From assembly GCA_043799385.1 (NCBI GenBank), contig JAZDNV010000018.1, positions 1-57,334 of the forward strand: 57,334 nucleotides of DNA. The letters run 5' to 3'. Source of the DNA: Candidatus Aenigmatarchaeota archaeon. Lineage in GTDB: Archaea > Aenigmatarchaeota > Aenigmatarchaeia > GW2011-AR5. The translations under genes and the position numbers were made by a program. Below the pieces are notes generated by a model. It searched no databases. It was not told the origin of the DNA and saw only the letters and a program-made list of their open reading frames with translations. Shown here piece after piece: positions 28,121 through 37,395 of this stretch (positions are counted from its first letter, which is position 1; the number at the start of each line of letters is the position of its first letter).

Positions 28121-29125
28121 ATGGGAATACAGCTAACAGATCTTGTAAAAGGAAATGAGATAACGATAGAGGATTTGCGCAACCGGAGAATCGCAATTGA
28201 TTCGTTCAACTGGATTTACCAATTTCTTTCAATAATAAGGCAGAGGGACGGCGAGCCGCTTAAGGATTCGAAAGGCCGCGTAACGTCTCATATATCCGGA
28301 TTGTTTTACAGGACGACAAAGCTTCTCGAAGCAAATGTAAAGCCTGTATTCGTTTTTGATGGCAAGCCGCCTGAATTCAAGGTCGTCGTGGAAAAAAGGC
28401 GCGACATACGATTAGAAGCAATGCGCGAGTGGAAAAGCGCGCTTGAGCGAAAGGACTATGAAGCAGCGAGAAAGTTTGCAATGCGCTCATCTACTGTAAC
28501 AGAAGAGATTATCAATGGCAGCAAAGAATTGCTTAGTGCTTTTGGCGTTCCTGTCATCCAGGCTCCGTCCGAAGGCGAAGCGTTGTGCTCAGTCATGACA
28601 AGGAACGGCGACGTATATGCAACCGCAACGCAGGACTATGACTCACTGCTCTTCGGATGCAATAAGCTTGTGAGGAATTTGTCCATAACCGGGAAGAGAA
28701 AGCGCGGAACTTCGTATGTGACGGTAAATCCCGAATTGCTTACGCTGGATGACTTACTAAAAAATCTTGAGATAAACCAGGATCAGCTGATAATGCTCGG
28801 CATACTTATCGGAACTGATTACAACCCTGGCGGCGTTTCAGGTTACGGGCCAAAGCGTGCGCTGGAACTAGTGAAAGCGAAGAAAACGCTGAATGAAGTA
28901 ATGAAGGAGCTCGTCTGGGATTTTGATGTATCGGCAGAGGATATATTCAACTTCTTCAAGCATCCTACCGTATCTGATTATAAAATAGAATTCACTGAAA
29001 TTGATGAAAACAAGATAAAAAAGATTCTCTGCGATGAGTATGATTTTTCAGAAGAGCGCGTAGACAATGTTCTGAAAAAGATGAAACGCGAAGAAAGCCA
29101 GGAAGGTCTTGGAAAATTCTTCTAG
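28121..29125 (+). CDS. fen: Flap endonuclease 1
   Basis: IYQFLSIIRQRDG, VFDGKPP, APSEGEA, QDYDSLLFG, GTDYN and C-terminal PIP box QEGLGKFF. Confidence 0.97.
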   Translation: MGIQLTDLVKGNEITIEDLRNRRIAIDSFNWIYQFLSIIRQRDGEPLKDSKGRVTSHISGLFYRTTKLLEANVKPVFVFDGKPPEFKVVVEKRRDIRLEAMREWKSALERKDYEAARKFAMRSSTVTEEIINGSKELLSAFGVPVIQAPSEGEALCSVMTRNGDVYATATQDYDSLLFGCNKLVRNLSITGKRKRGTSYVTVNPELLTLDDLLKNLEINQDQLIMLGILIGTDYNPGGVSGYGPKRALELVKAKKTLNEVMKELVWDFDVSAEDIFNFFKHPTVSDYKIEFTEIDENKIKKILCDEYDFSEERVDNVLKKMKREESQEGLGKFF

Positions 29126-29448
29126 GATTCAGTGCAACCGCACGTTTTGTAGCATTTGTCTTCATCGTAACTCATCAAATCACAAAGCCTGGCAAGAGAA
29201 TAATCCTTTGGGCTCGTGTCACCGATATCCTGGTGTTTAACCGTAACTGAACTCATCTTTGCCTTGTCGCAGCCATAGAGGCTCCTCAATTCCTGGCATG
29301 CCTGGTTGATTGCGCTCTGCCTTTTCATCTTAACCTCAGTGTCAGAAAACATGCCCGAGAAAAGTGCAGCAACTACAAGCAATACAAGGAACGCTATCAA
29401 AATTATCACTATCGTGTTTATCGGAAGTGACAATCCCTTTTTTCCCAT
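29122..29448 (-). CDS. Small pilin-like protein with class III signal peptide and Cys-rich C-terminus
   Basis: MGKKG|LSLPINTIVIILIAFLVLLVV followed by six Cys. Confidence 0.7.
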   Translation of the reverse strand: MGKKGLSLPINTIVIILIAFLVLLVVAALFSGMFSDTEVKMKRQSAINQACQELRSLYGCDKAKMSSVTVKHQDIGDTSPKDYSLARLCDLMSYDEDKCYKTCGCTES

Positions 29449-29487
29449 AATAATCATTTTTCTTTCCAAATATATAAAGATTATCAA

Positions 29488-29598
29488 TGCGACCGCTGGG
29501 ATTTGAACCCAGGTCATCAGCTTTCTTTTTCTTGATGGAACTTCTTTTTTAAAGAAGGTCCTTGGAAGGCTGAGGTCCTACCACTAGACTACGATCGC
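29488..29598 (-). tRNA. tRNA-Gly(UCC) with a 40-nt intron at 37/38
   Basis: Removing 29523-29562 gives a 71-nt cloverleaf: GCGATCG/CGGTCGC acceptor, TCAGC-CTTCCAA-GCTGA anticodon arm, CTGGG-TTCAAAT-CCCAG T arm. Confidence 0.92.
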
Positions 29599-29636
29599 AT
29601 CGATAAAAGAATTACTGTTGATTATCAATAAAAAGA

Positions 29637-30635
29637 TTACTTCAGCTTCTGTAAAAGCTCTCCGACTGTTTTTGCGTCAACTGCCCTCAGATGCTCAGGA
29701 ATCCCCAAAGCATTCCACGCGTTCCTGCATTCCTCAAAGAAATCATCGATATCAATAGATTCGATAAACTCGTATGTTCCCATGAATTTTTCAGGCGCCA
29801 TCTCAACGCGAACAAGGCCGTTATTTTGTATTTCACTTCCTATAATGGCGGCTTTTATAGCATTCCCGGATTTGTCTTGTACATTGACGCCACCGTTGTT
29901 CGCTGCGGCGATAATGTAGAAAATATACCTTCCGTTTGTGTAATTATCCTGCAGGTATATCTTTTCGCTGTTCTGCATCCGTATCATCCTCTCATAGTAT
30001 TTTTCAAGCTTCTCATTGAGCTCTTCTGGGTTTTTTCCATTTACTTTTGGTATACCATCAAATTTTTTCCTGAACCAAGACATATCCCTGCTCCTTATGT
30101 TCAACGACCTGCAACCATGCTCAATCGTCTCCGCGACACCGTCGAATTTCAAATCTTCTAAAGCAATCGACTGATAGGCTTCATTTAGTGAAATATTTCC
30201 TAATACTACCGCGGAATCTATCCTATCGTGAAATTTCATGATTTCTTTTCCGTTTTTTATATGCTGCATTTCATGCCTGAGATACTTGTAAAAATCAGTT
30301 TTCGGCAGGTGGTATCTTTTGTACTGCTTTCTTGAGAGCTCCTCCAAGACGCGCGGCGTACTAGATTCAACGATGTATCTTCCGTTTTCTGTCCTGTCAA
30401 AATTAACTCCCATGATGCAGTCGTATACCGATGGATCTGTACCGAATTCAAAAACGACCTCGACATCAACTCTTGGAAAAACATAGCCGTCCATTTCCTT
30501 CATCGCATCATAACATTCAAAAATCATGCCTACTACACGATCCATCCAGCATTTGTTGTTTCCATTTCCATTCGTTATGCCAATATAAATGACGTTTCCG
30601 TTCACTTTCAATTCTTTGGAATAGGACACATTCAT
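29637..30635 (-). CDS. Hypothetical protein with HExxH zincin-like motif
   Basis: 332-aa ORF with YLRHEMQH followed by FDGVAE. Confidence 0.65.
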   Translation of the reverse strand: MNVSYSKELKVNGNVIYIGITNGNGNNKCWMDRVVGMIFECYDAMKEMDGYVFPRVDVEVVFEFGTDPSVYDCIMGVNFDRTENGRYIVESSTPRVLEELSRKQYKRYHLPKTDFYKYLRHEMQHIKNGKEIMKFHDRIDSAVVLGNISLNEAYQSIALEDLKFDGVAETIEHGCRSLNIRSRDMSWFRKKFDGIPKVNGKNPEELNEKLEKYYERMIRMQNSEKIYLQDNYTNGRYIFYIIAAANNGGVNVQDKSGNAIKAAIIGSEIQNNGLVRVEMAPEKFMGTYEFIESIDIDDFFEECRNAWNALGIPEHLRAVDAKTVGELLQKLK

Positions 30636-30684
30636 GTGGCTTCAAATATTCGGAGTTTATTTAAAAGTAATTAGATTAGAAAAA

Positions 30685-30708
30685 GAGAAACCGTAGGTTT
30701 CTACTCCT
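30685..30708 (+). repeat. Small palindromic repeat (AACCGTAGGTT core)
   Basis: GAGAAACCGTAGGTTTCTACTCCT immediately after the secY stop; near-copy on the minus strand at 52014-52048. Confidence 0.5.
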
Positions 30709-30709
30709 C

Positions 30710-32224
30710 TTAGCCGAAGAACTTCTTCAATGCCGGGTGCATATCCTCCATGTAGCGCATGGATATCTGCTCGTAGAAGTTGTAAATTATCATGACGGTA
30801 AGAAGAATACCGGTTCCTGTGCCTAATGCGCCAGTGAAATCAGCTAACGATGCCAGCGCGCCAATGAATACGCCTGATATGACAGCAAGGCTCGGTATAT
30901 ATCGATCCAAAACCTGTTCGACTATACGCGGGTCACGACGGAAGCCGGGTATCTGCATTCCCATGCCCTCTATTTGCTCTGCAACGCTGTGCGAATCCAT
31001 GCCGCTGGTCGAGACCCAGAATATTGAGAATATCACTGAACCGATAACCATGACAAAGAAATAAGCTAATGCTCGTGATGAATCAGCGATTGTCGGCAAC
31101 CCCGTCAATGAACTGGTCGCAACAAGTGCCAGAACAATGCCCAGCAGCGATGATATCAGCATTATCCTTCCCGCATTCTTGTATTTCATGTAGAATGCAA
31201 GAAATCCTGCAAGAAATACGATTAGCAGGAATACGAGGAAGAATATCTGTATCGATAATGCATTTGGTGAGCGCATGAAAGAAACGATGCCTGATGTCGG
31301 ATTGCCATTGTCATCAAAACAGCCGAAAATACCGCAGCGTCCACCAGCTTCGACCGGCGTGGCCATCATGTTGCCTACCATTAGAATATTCGCAAGTAGT
31401 GCGGCAACCAAGATAACAGGTATGTTGCTCGTGTAGATTAATTTCAATGGCCATCTCCTTGAAAAACCGCGTATCGAAGTAAAAGCGAGCGGAATATCCA
31501 CTTTCATCGCCTGAACGTAAACAACTATTGCAAACACGAGCAGCGTTGCAATGATTGGCAACAACGCTACAAACGCTTGAAATATTTCGCCTAAGCCCAG
31601 CAGTGATATCGATTGCGGTATCAGGCCTGCTGCCATGCTCTCGCCCGTAGGCGGCAGCGGATTCAGTGCCCGCACAAATATGCCTTTAGTCACTCCTGCT
31701 GCGATGAACAAAGAAACGCCTGAACCAATGCCCCACTTCGACACGACCTCGTCCATGAGCAAAAGCAGGAACGAGCCTATCGCTAACTGAGCTACTAATA
31801 ATAATACTGAAGATACACTAGGAATCGTCGGCTGAACTGCACCAAACGAAACGAAGGCGAATGCTTCGAATATGCAGAAGAATATTGCCAATAACTTCTG
31901 GCTGCCCTGAAATCTCTTTCTTCCTTCTTTTGTCTTGAGGTCCCACGGTATTATCTTTGAGCCGACCAATAGTTGCAGGATTATTGACGCTGAAACTATC
32001 GGACCGATACCCAGTGTAATTATAGTTCCCATCGAAGAGCCAAGAATCATTTCATAGAATTGAAAGCGCTCCTTTGACACTGCTGCAACGCCGTATATGG
32101 TAATCTGGCCCATCACAAAGAACAATAAAAGTATCACTGCCGTCCACTTCAGCCTGGACTTGAAGCTGAGATGAGACTTTGGCTCTTCAACGCCAGGCAG
32201 CCTTGATATGATTTGATCAAGCAT
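30710..32224 (-). CDS. secY: Preprotein translocase SecY
   Basis: LGIGPIVSASIILQLL, WGIGSGVSLFIAA, YTSNIPVIL, MQIPGFRRDPR and GTGILLTV. Confidence 0.97.
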   Translation of the reverse strand: MLDQIISRLPGVEEPKSHLSFKSRLKWTAVILLLFFVMGQITIYGVAAVSKERFQFYEMILGSSMGTIITLGIGPIVSASIILQLLVGSKIIPWDLKTKEGRKRFQGSQKLLAIFFCIFEAFAFVSFGAVQPTIPSVSSVLLLVAQLAIGSFLLLLMDEVVSKWGIGSGVSLFIAAGVTKGIFVRALNPLPPTGESMAAGLIPQSISLLGLGEIFQAFVALLPIIATLLVFAIVVYVQAMKVDIPLAFTSIRGFSRRWPLKLIYTSNIPVILVAALLANILMVGNMMATPVEAGGRCGIFGCFDDNGNPTSGIVSFMRSPNALSIQIFFLVFLLIVFLAGFLAFYMKYKNAGRIMLISSLLGIVLALVATSSLTGLPTIADSSRALAYFFVMVIGSVIFSIFWVSTSGMDSHSVAEQIEGMGMQIPGFRRDPRIVEQVLDRYIPSLAVISGVFIGALASLADFTGALGTGTGILLTVMIIYNFYEQISMRYMEDMHPALKKFFG

Positions 32225-32603
32225 TTTCAACTCTCCCGCCAGCCTTTTCTATCTTTTCCTTTGCCATCTTGGAAAATTTCTTTACCCTGACTATAATCGG
32301 TTTTGAAATATCGCCCTTTGAAAGCAGTTTATCATAACCCATCGTTATCAGGTCGATTTCATTGCCGAGTTTTTCCAAATCTCCAACATTGATTATATTA
32401 TTTTTTTTCCTGAGCGAATTAAAGCCTTTGTGCCCGAAATGATTTGGCTCATAGCGAAGTATGTACGATCTTTTCTGCTGTGTCGAGCCGCCATACCCCT
32501 TTCCGCCTTTCGAGCCTTTGCCGCGATGCTTTTTCTTACTGCCGTAGCCATGCGTCTTCGAACCGCGCATCCTTTCATTTTTCTTTCTGAATCTCACTAC
32601 CAT
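32217..32603 (-). CDS. rpl15: 50S ribosomal protein L15
   Basis: RGSKTHGYG..KKHRGKG and FGHKGF. Confidence 0.96.
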   Translation of the reverse strand: MVVRFRKKNERMRGSKTHGYGSKKKHRGKGSKGGKGYGGSTQQKRSYILRYEPNHFGHKGFNSLRKKNNIINVGDLEKLGNEIDLITMGYDKLLSKGDISKPIIVRVKKFSKMAKEKIEKAGGRVENA

Positions 32604-32613
32604 ATCAACCACT

Positions 32614-32919
32614 TCATAGCATCTTTTTCAGCAATTCTTCCATGTCCTTCCTGTAACCCAACTCGCCCTTCGGATACCGTTCCTTTATAGATTTCTTCTT
32701 TAACGGCCTTGGCTTCATGCCCTTTGCCTTTTTCGACAATTCGTCAGATATCTCGCCCCACATAACATAATCGCTGGCCTTCTTTATCATGCCGATGATA
32801 GAATCTGTTCTTGGCAATATTGCCATTGAATTCAACTTCCTCAGGCCGAGCATTTTCAGCGTGTCGTTTATATCTTTCCTAACTCCGATTCTGCCGCGAA
32901 TTCTTATAACTGCTATCAT
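32614..32919 (-). CDS. rpl30: 50S ribosomal protein L30 (uL30)
   Basis: MIAVIRIRG...DTLKMLGL...YVMWGE...GELGYR; ATG 32919 overlaps the rps5 stop. Confidence 0.92.
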   Translation of the reverse strand: MIAVIRIRGRIGVRKDINDTLKMLGLRKLNSMAILPRTDSIIGMIKKASDYVMWGEISDELSKKAKGMKPRPLKKKSIKERYPKGELGYRKDMEELLKKML

Positions 32920-33563
32920 TTCCCATCCCTCACTATATTCATCTTCTTGAATGCATCGTAAATCGCAAAAACATAATTCGACCTCGTGCGCGATTCGCCG
33001 AAAGTTGTGCTCCACACATCGTTTATGCCTGCAAGGCGCATTGCCTTCTTGGCCTCGTCGTTTATGCAAAGACCGATTCCTTTTGGCGCAGGCTTCATGA
33101 CAACCTTCACTGATCCGGCCTGGCCAACCACTTCAAACGGTATCGAATGCCTCTCGCCGCACGCGCATTCCCATGAACCGCAACCGCGCTTAACAGGCAT
33201 TATGTTCAGTTTCGCGTTTACGGTTGCTTTCTCTATCGCATCACGATGCTCAATCGATGAGGCTTTGCCAACACCGAAGTAGCCGTCAGCGTTGCCCACA
33301 ATAACTATCGCAGAAACTTTGTATCTGCGACCGCTTCTGTGCATTCTTGCCGTCCTCTTCGTAGGCGTCTTCCTGTCACCGCCGCCTTTTCCCGGCGAGC
33401 CTCCTATGAAGTATACCTCATTCTGCAGGTTCGGCAGTAATTTATCCACTATCTCGGGCTCTTTTATTTTCTTTCCTAATTTGAATATCTCGTCCAATGA
33501 AGTTATCTTTCCATTAAAGACGTCATTTCCGAGTTCTGTCTTGGGTATCCAATTCTCCATCAT
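32916..33563 (-). CDS. rps5: 30S ribosomal protein S5
   Basis: WIPKTELG, RGCGSWECAC and PAPKGIGL. Confidence 0.97.
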   Translation of the reverse strand: MMENWIPKTELGNDVFNGKITSLDEIFKLGKKIKEPEIVDKLLPNLQNEVYFIGGSPGKGGGDRKTPTKRTARMHRSGRRYKVSAIVIVGNADGYFGVGKASSIEHRDAIEKATVNAKLNIMPVKRGCGSWECACGERHSIPFEVVGQAGSVKVVMKPAPKGIGLCINDEAKKAMRLAGINDVWSTTFGESRTRSNYVFAIYDAFKKMNIVRDGK

Positions 33564-33565
33564 AT

Positions 33566-34126
33566 TTACACCATTTTCTGTTCGATTATATTTTTCTTGA
33601 CATCTTCAAAATTTATTGACATATCCTCCGGTTTCGCTCCTTTTTTAATATAACCCGAAAACTGTTTCTCGTATTTTTCCTTGCCTATGCTTTTTGCATA
33701 TTCAGCTATATGCTTGCCTGAAATCCTTTCCTTGTCCGGCATGGCTTCGCCGACAGGAACTTTCATTCCCGAGTCTATGACACCTGCCACTGCTGCATAA
33801 ATCGCGCCGCCCTTTATTGACATCTGCATCCCTGTATCCAGTATTGCCTCGTCTATCCCGAGCTTTTTTGCCTTTAAGCCAGCGGCCAATCCTATTAAGT
33901 AGGCAGCCGGCAGATTGCCGCAGTGGTACTTCCAGCCGTATTTGACAAGATTTTTGGAAATTTCTTCGACAACGGTCTTGTCCCCGTTCTTCTCATAGTT
34001 TATGAACTGCACGTGTATGTTGTCGAGATTCCTTTTTACCACCAATCTTGTCTTTCTGCCCTTCAAAAGCTTCAATCTTTTCCCGTAATCTGTCTTCAGT
34101 TCCCTTCTTCTTCTCATAATCTTCAT
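33566..34126 (-). CDS. rpl18: 50S ribosomal protein L18 (uL18)
   Basis: RRRRELKTDYGKRLKLL and NLPAAYLIG. Confidence 0.96.
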   Translation of the reverse strand: MKIMRRRRELKTDYGKRLKLLKGRKTRLVVKRNLDNIHVQFINYEKNGDKTVVEEISKNLVKYGWKYHCGNLPAAYLIGLAAGLKAKKLGIDEAILDTGMQMSIKGGAIYAAVAGVIDSGMKVPVGEAMPDKERISGKHIAEYAKSIGKEKYEKQFSGYIKKGAKPEDMSINFEDVKKNIIEQKMV

Positions 34127-34131
34127 AATTA

Positions 34132-34575
34132 TCACTTCTTCAAAAGGTTGTTCTTTTCTATATACGTTAACAGGTGGTTCCTGCTGCGGAAGAACCCACT
34201 CTTCGATGTCATGTATAGCTTACGATAAGTCTTTTTATCGATTTTATTGCTATCGTGCAGACCCTTTAGAGTTTTTCTTAATACTCTTATCCTTTTTACC
34301 CACAGCATCTTCCTTGTTCCAGATGCATGGCCTTTTCTTGTTCCAGTACCCTTTCTTCTGCCTTTCTTCTTCTGTTTCATCGCAATTTTTTTCCTGTAGT
34401 TGCTGACGCCAGTCTTTGGCTTTTTTTTGATTACGCCGTCGTTTATCAGTTTTCTTATGTCAGCTGCTGTTATTGCCTGCAATATATCACTTATTCTCGA
34501 TGGGTCGAACCAGATGCGGGAAACGCCGCATTTCAAAATTCTTGCAGCAATCTTTTTTTGAGGCATCAATTCCAC
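34132..34575 (-). CDS. rpl19e: 50S ribosomal protein L19e
   Basis: QKKIAARILKCGVSRIWFDP and GRRKGTGTRKG. Confidence 0.96.
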   Translation of the reverse strand: MELMPQKKIAARILKCGVSRIWFDPSRISDILQAITAADIRKLINDGVIKKKPKTGVSNYRKKIAMKQKKKGRRKGTGTRKGHASGTRKMLWVKRIRVLRKTLKGLHDSNKIDKKTYRKLYMTSKSGFFRSRNHLLTYIEKNNLLKK

Positions 34576-34712
34576 CTATTTTCATCAACTGACGAAAAAA
34601 CATAAAACTCATTGAACATGACGTCGCATCCATGGCAGTAATACTCATCCGAAATTCTCTTGCCGAAGTTTCCGCACATCGGGCATCTCAGCTTTTCATT
34701 TATTTTTTTCAT
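34566..34712 (-). CDS. Small zinc-ribbon protein inside the ribosomal operon (not in ORF track)
   Basis: MKKINEKLRCPMCGNFGKRISDEYYCHGCDVMFNEFYVFSSVDENRWN; GAGGT SD; fills the L32e-L19e gap. Confidence 0.7.
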   Translation of the reverse strand: MKKINEKLRCPMCGNFGKRISDEYYCHGCDVMFNEFYVFSSVDENRWN

Positions 34713-35109
34713 TCTTCTCTACCTCTTTCTTGTCAACGCCTTTTGACTTATCTTTTCCGGTATCTTCTTTTTTCTTTTCCCGTTCCTTTTTTTCCCGTTC
34801 AATCTCTTTTTTCATCTTTTTTAAATTAAGATTTGTTATTTTCACTCCGAGTTTTTCAGCCTTTTCAGCGATGAGCATTCTCTTCTTTTTTCCGACTGAT
34901 GATGCTAATATACCTGACTTTATATTGTCAAGGTCTTTCAGGTTGTTTATTATCGCAACGCTTTCTCTGTTTTTCTTGTATCCTATTGATGGCGTTATGC
35001 CACTGCCGCACTTGCCAACCCTTAGTTTGCTGTGCCTGCCCTTCGGCCTTCTCCATTTTCTTTTCAATCTCTTCAACGTGGAGTAATCCTGTCTGATGAA
35101 TCTTCTCAT
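34696..35109 (-). CDS. rpl32e: 50S ribosomal protein L32e
   Basis: FIRQD...KWRRPKGRHSKLR...PSIGY. Confidence 0.95.
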   Translation of the reverse strand: MRRFIRQDYSTLKRLKRKWRRPKGRHSKLRVGKCGSGITPSIGYKKNRESVAIINNLKDLDNIKSGILASSVGKKKRMLIAEKAEKLGVKITNLNLKKMKKEIEREKKEREKKKEDTGKDKSKGVDKKEVEKNEKNK

Positions 35110-35657
35110 ATCTTTTCACCGCTTTGCAGATGCCTGCCGGAAAGGTATATTCCATCCAGAAAAGTTCTTTTGTCTCGTTTCGAAAGTTTGCACGCCTGCT
35201 CTATGTTGCTTGCCGTTTGGCCGAGCTCTTCTGAATCTATTCCCGTGAGTATTACGCTGTTTTTTTCCACATTCACTTCGGTCTTGCCGGCTATTTTTGC
35301 AACGCGCGCACCTTTTTCACCAAGGAAATTCCTTATTTCGACTTTGCCGTCTTTCACTGTTATATTCATCGGAAAGTGCGAATAGAATACTTCCATCGTA
35401 TAATTGAAGCCCACGGTAACACCGATAATCATCTTGTTTGTGTGTGCGCATATCGTGCCTGCAACCGCTTTAATGCTCCTTTTTTCATTTAATGTCTTGA
35501 TTATCACAGAATTGCCGTTTTTTTCTATTGAAATCATCTTGTTGAACCTTGGGTTGTTGAAATTTTTTTCTAATACGCCTTTTGGGCCTTTGACCCTTAT
35601 CGTTCTGCCGTCTATCTCAACAGATATGTTCTCCGGTATGTCAACTTTTTTTTCCAT
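35106..35657 (-). CDS. rpl6: 50S ribosomal protein L6
   Basis: VKGPKG, YSHFPM, NFLGEK and FLDGIY. Confidence 0.97.
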   Translation of the reverse strand: MEKKVDIPENISVEIDGRTIRVKGPKGVLEKNFNNPRFNKMISIEKNGNSVIIKTLNEKRSIKAVAGTICAHTNKMIIGVTVGFNYTMEVFYSHFPMNITVKDGKVEIRNFLGEKGARVAKIAGKTEVNVEKNSVILTGIDSEELGQTASNIEQACKLSKRDKRTFLDGIYLSGRHLQSGEKI

Positions 35658-35665
35658 TTCAATCA

Positions 35666-36052
35666 CTAATATACGTATGCAATTATTTTCCCGCCCAAGC
35701 CCATTGTAATCGCTTCTTTCTGGCTCATTGTGCCCTTTGACGTGGAAATTACGAGTATTCCAAAATCCTTTGCAGGCAGGTATCTTTTTTCTATTCTTTC
35801 ATATCCGTCCTTTTTTACGGACAATCGCGGCCTTATTGCACGCACCTTGTTAATATTGCCTGACATCTTGACTATGCATTTCATGTGCTTGCCTTCTCCC
35901 AGCAATTCATATCCCTTTATGTATCCGTGCTTCTGTATTACATCCAGGACGTTCTTTATCAGCTTTGATGCAGGTACTGTGCAATCCGTCTTGCCGTTAT
36001 CCTCTGCGTTATTCATCACAAACAGAACGTCTGACAGCAAATCATGTCTCAT
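35666..36052 (-). CDS. rps8: 30S ribosomal protein S8
   Basis: PASKLI and YLPAKDFGILVISTSKG...GGKIIAYVY. Confidence 0.97.
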   Translation of the reverse strand: MRHDLLSDVLFVMNNAEDNGKTDCTVPASKLIKNVLDVIQKHGYIKGYELLGEGKHMKCIVKMSGNINKVRAIRPRLSVKKDGYERIEKRYLPAKDFGILVISTSKGTMSQKEAITMGLGGKIIAYVY

Positions 36053-36057
36053 TTTTT

Positions 36058-36216
36058 TCACCTATATTTCTTGAAGCCTAGATCTTTTCCTATCTCCCTG
36101 AAGCAACGTCGGCAGTAAAAAAGTCTGTACTTCCTTATTATTCCATCGAAAGAACCGCAGCGTATGCACTTCCTCGATCCTTTACCGATTTTCCTTTTTA
36201 TTGCCTTGTTTCTCAT
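36058..36216 (-). CDS. rps14: 30S ribosomal protein S14 (Zn-binding; not in ORF track)
   Basis: GKGSRKCIRCG...IIRKYRLFYCRRCFRE..LGFKKY. Confidence 0.96.
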   Translation of the reverse strand: MRNKAIKRKIGKGSRKCIRCGSFDGIIRKYRLFYCRRCFREIGKDLGFKKYR

Positions 36217-36226
36217 TCATAACGCC

Positions 36227-36721
36227 TCATTCAATTACTACCCCGAACTTCTCTTTCATAAATGCGATGGCTTCTTCTTTTGTTATAACATGCTTTTTTC
36301 CGAGCTTTCTTGCAAGCCTTTTTCTTTTCACCCTGTATCCTGGTCGCTCGAGCGTAACGCATACGTCAAGACCGAGAACACCTATCTTGGGATCGTAATC
36401 CATGTCGGGTATGTCTATGTATTCATTTATTCCGAATGAAAGGTTGCCGCGAACGTCAAAGTTCTTTTCGCTTAGCTTGTAGTCCTTTGCGTCCAGAAGT
36501 CTTTTCAGCAACGCATCATCATTTCGTATAGTGACTTTGCATCCAATCTGCTTGTCCTTCGGCATGCCGAACGTGCTTCTCCTCTTCGTTTTTGTTATGA
36601 TTATCTTCAAGTTGACTATTCTTTCAAGTATTGTTTTTGCGCTCTCTATCGGCGTCTTTGCACCGCAGCCCATATTCAACACGATTTTTTCCACGGTTAT
36701 GTCACGCATCTCATTCACCAA
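36227..36721 (-). CDS. rpl5: 50S ribosomal protein L5
   Basis: EKIVLNMG, GCKVTIR, GNLSFGI and YDPKIGVLGLDV. Confidence 0.97.
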   Translation of the reverse strand: MVNEMRDITVEKIVLNMGCGAKTPIESAKTILERIVNLKIIITKTKRRSTFGMPKDKQIGCKVTIRNDDALLKRLLDAKDYKLSEKNFDVRGNLSFGINEYIDIPDMDYDPKIGVLGLDVCVTLERPGYRVKRKRLARKLGKKHVITKEEAIAFMKEKFGVVIE

Positions 36722-37391
36722 GTTCGATTACCGGTTTGTTTTCACCGATTACAAAAACATAATTCTTCGGGATTATCAGCATAACGCCGTCTGAATTTAT
36801 CGTAATCTGGGTTATCTTGCTGCCTTCCATCACTGTTATCTCCTCTATTTTTCCGACCCTGCCAACGTTGCGGCCGAATACGACAAGTGCAGTCGCACCT
36901 TTACCCATACTCATCGAATCGAACGAGCCCTTGTCCAAATCGAAGAGCAACGTATCTCCAGTTTTGTAATTGTTCTTGTCAATCAATATGTTTTTTCCGT
37001 CATGCAGATTAAGCTGCACTTTTTTACCGACGTATTTTTTGTTCTCAACCCTGAGCAGCTTTATGTTTCCGCTGTTGGTCTTCTGCAGGTAAAAGCCATG
37101 CTTATTTGGAAGTACGCGATATGAATCGTCGCCTATCGTGATTATGTCCATCAGACCTACTGGAAACTTGTGATCCTTTCTTACCCTTTTGTCTATCTTT
37201 ACGATGCAGTTGTTTAATATTTCCTTGACCTCTTCCAGCGTTTCGGCGTATTTCAGCACGTCCCGCAAAATCACTCCCAACGGCAGGCACATCTTCTTTG
37301 CATGCGGTCCCGGACTCGGGTCTATCACATACTTCTTTGTCTTCTTCTCGATTGGCCAAAATTTTGGCGCAGCGTATCTTTTCATTACCAT
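36711..37391 (-). CDS. rps4e: 30S ribosomal protein S4e
   Basis: KRYAAPKFWPI, PGPH, FPVGLMD and QLNLHDG. Confidence 0.97.
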   Translation of the reverse strand: MVMKRYAAPKFWPIEKKTKKYVIDPSPGPHAKKMCLPLGVILRDVLKYAETLEEVKEILNNCIVKIDKRVRKDHKFPVGLMDIITIGDDSYRVLPNKHGFYLQKTNSGNIKLLRVENKKYVGKKVQLNLHDGKNILIDKNNYKTGDTLLFDLDKGSFDSMSMGKGATALVVFGRNVGRVGKIEEITVMEGSKITQITINSDGVMLIIPKNYVFVIGENKPVIELGE

Positions 37392-37395
37392 TTCA

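Noticed and set aside
29449-29517. N-terminal extension of ORF 29122-29517
   Set aside because: It overlaps the tRNA-Gly 3' end; the true start is probably ATG 29448.
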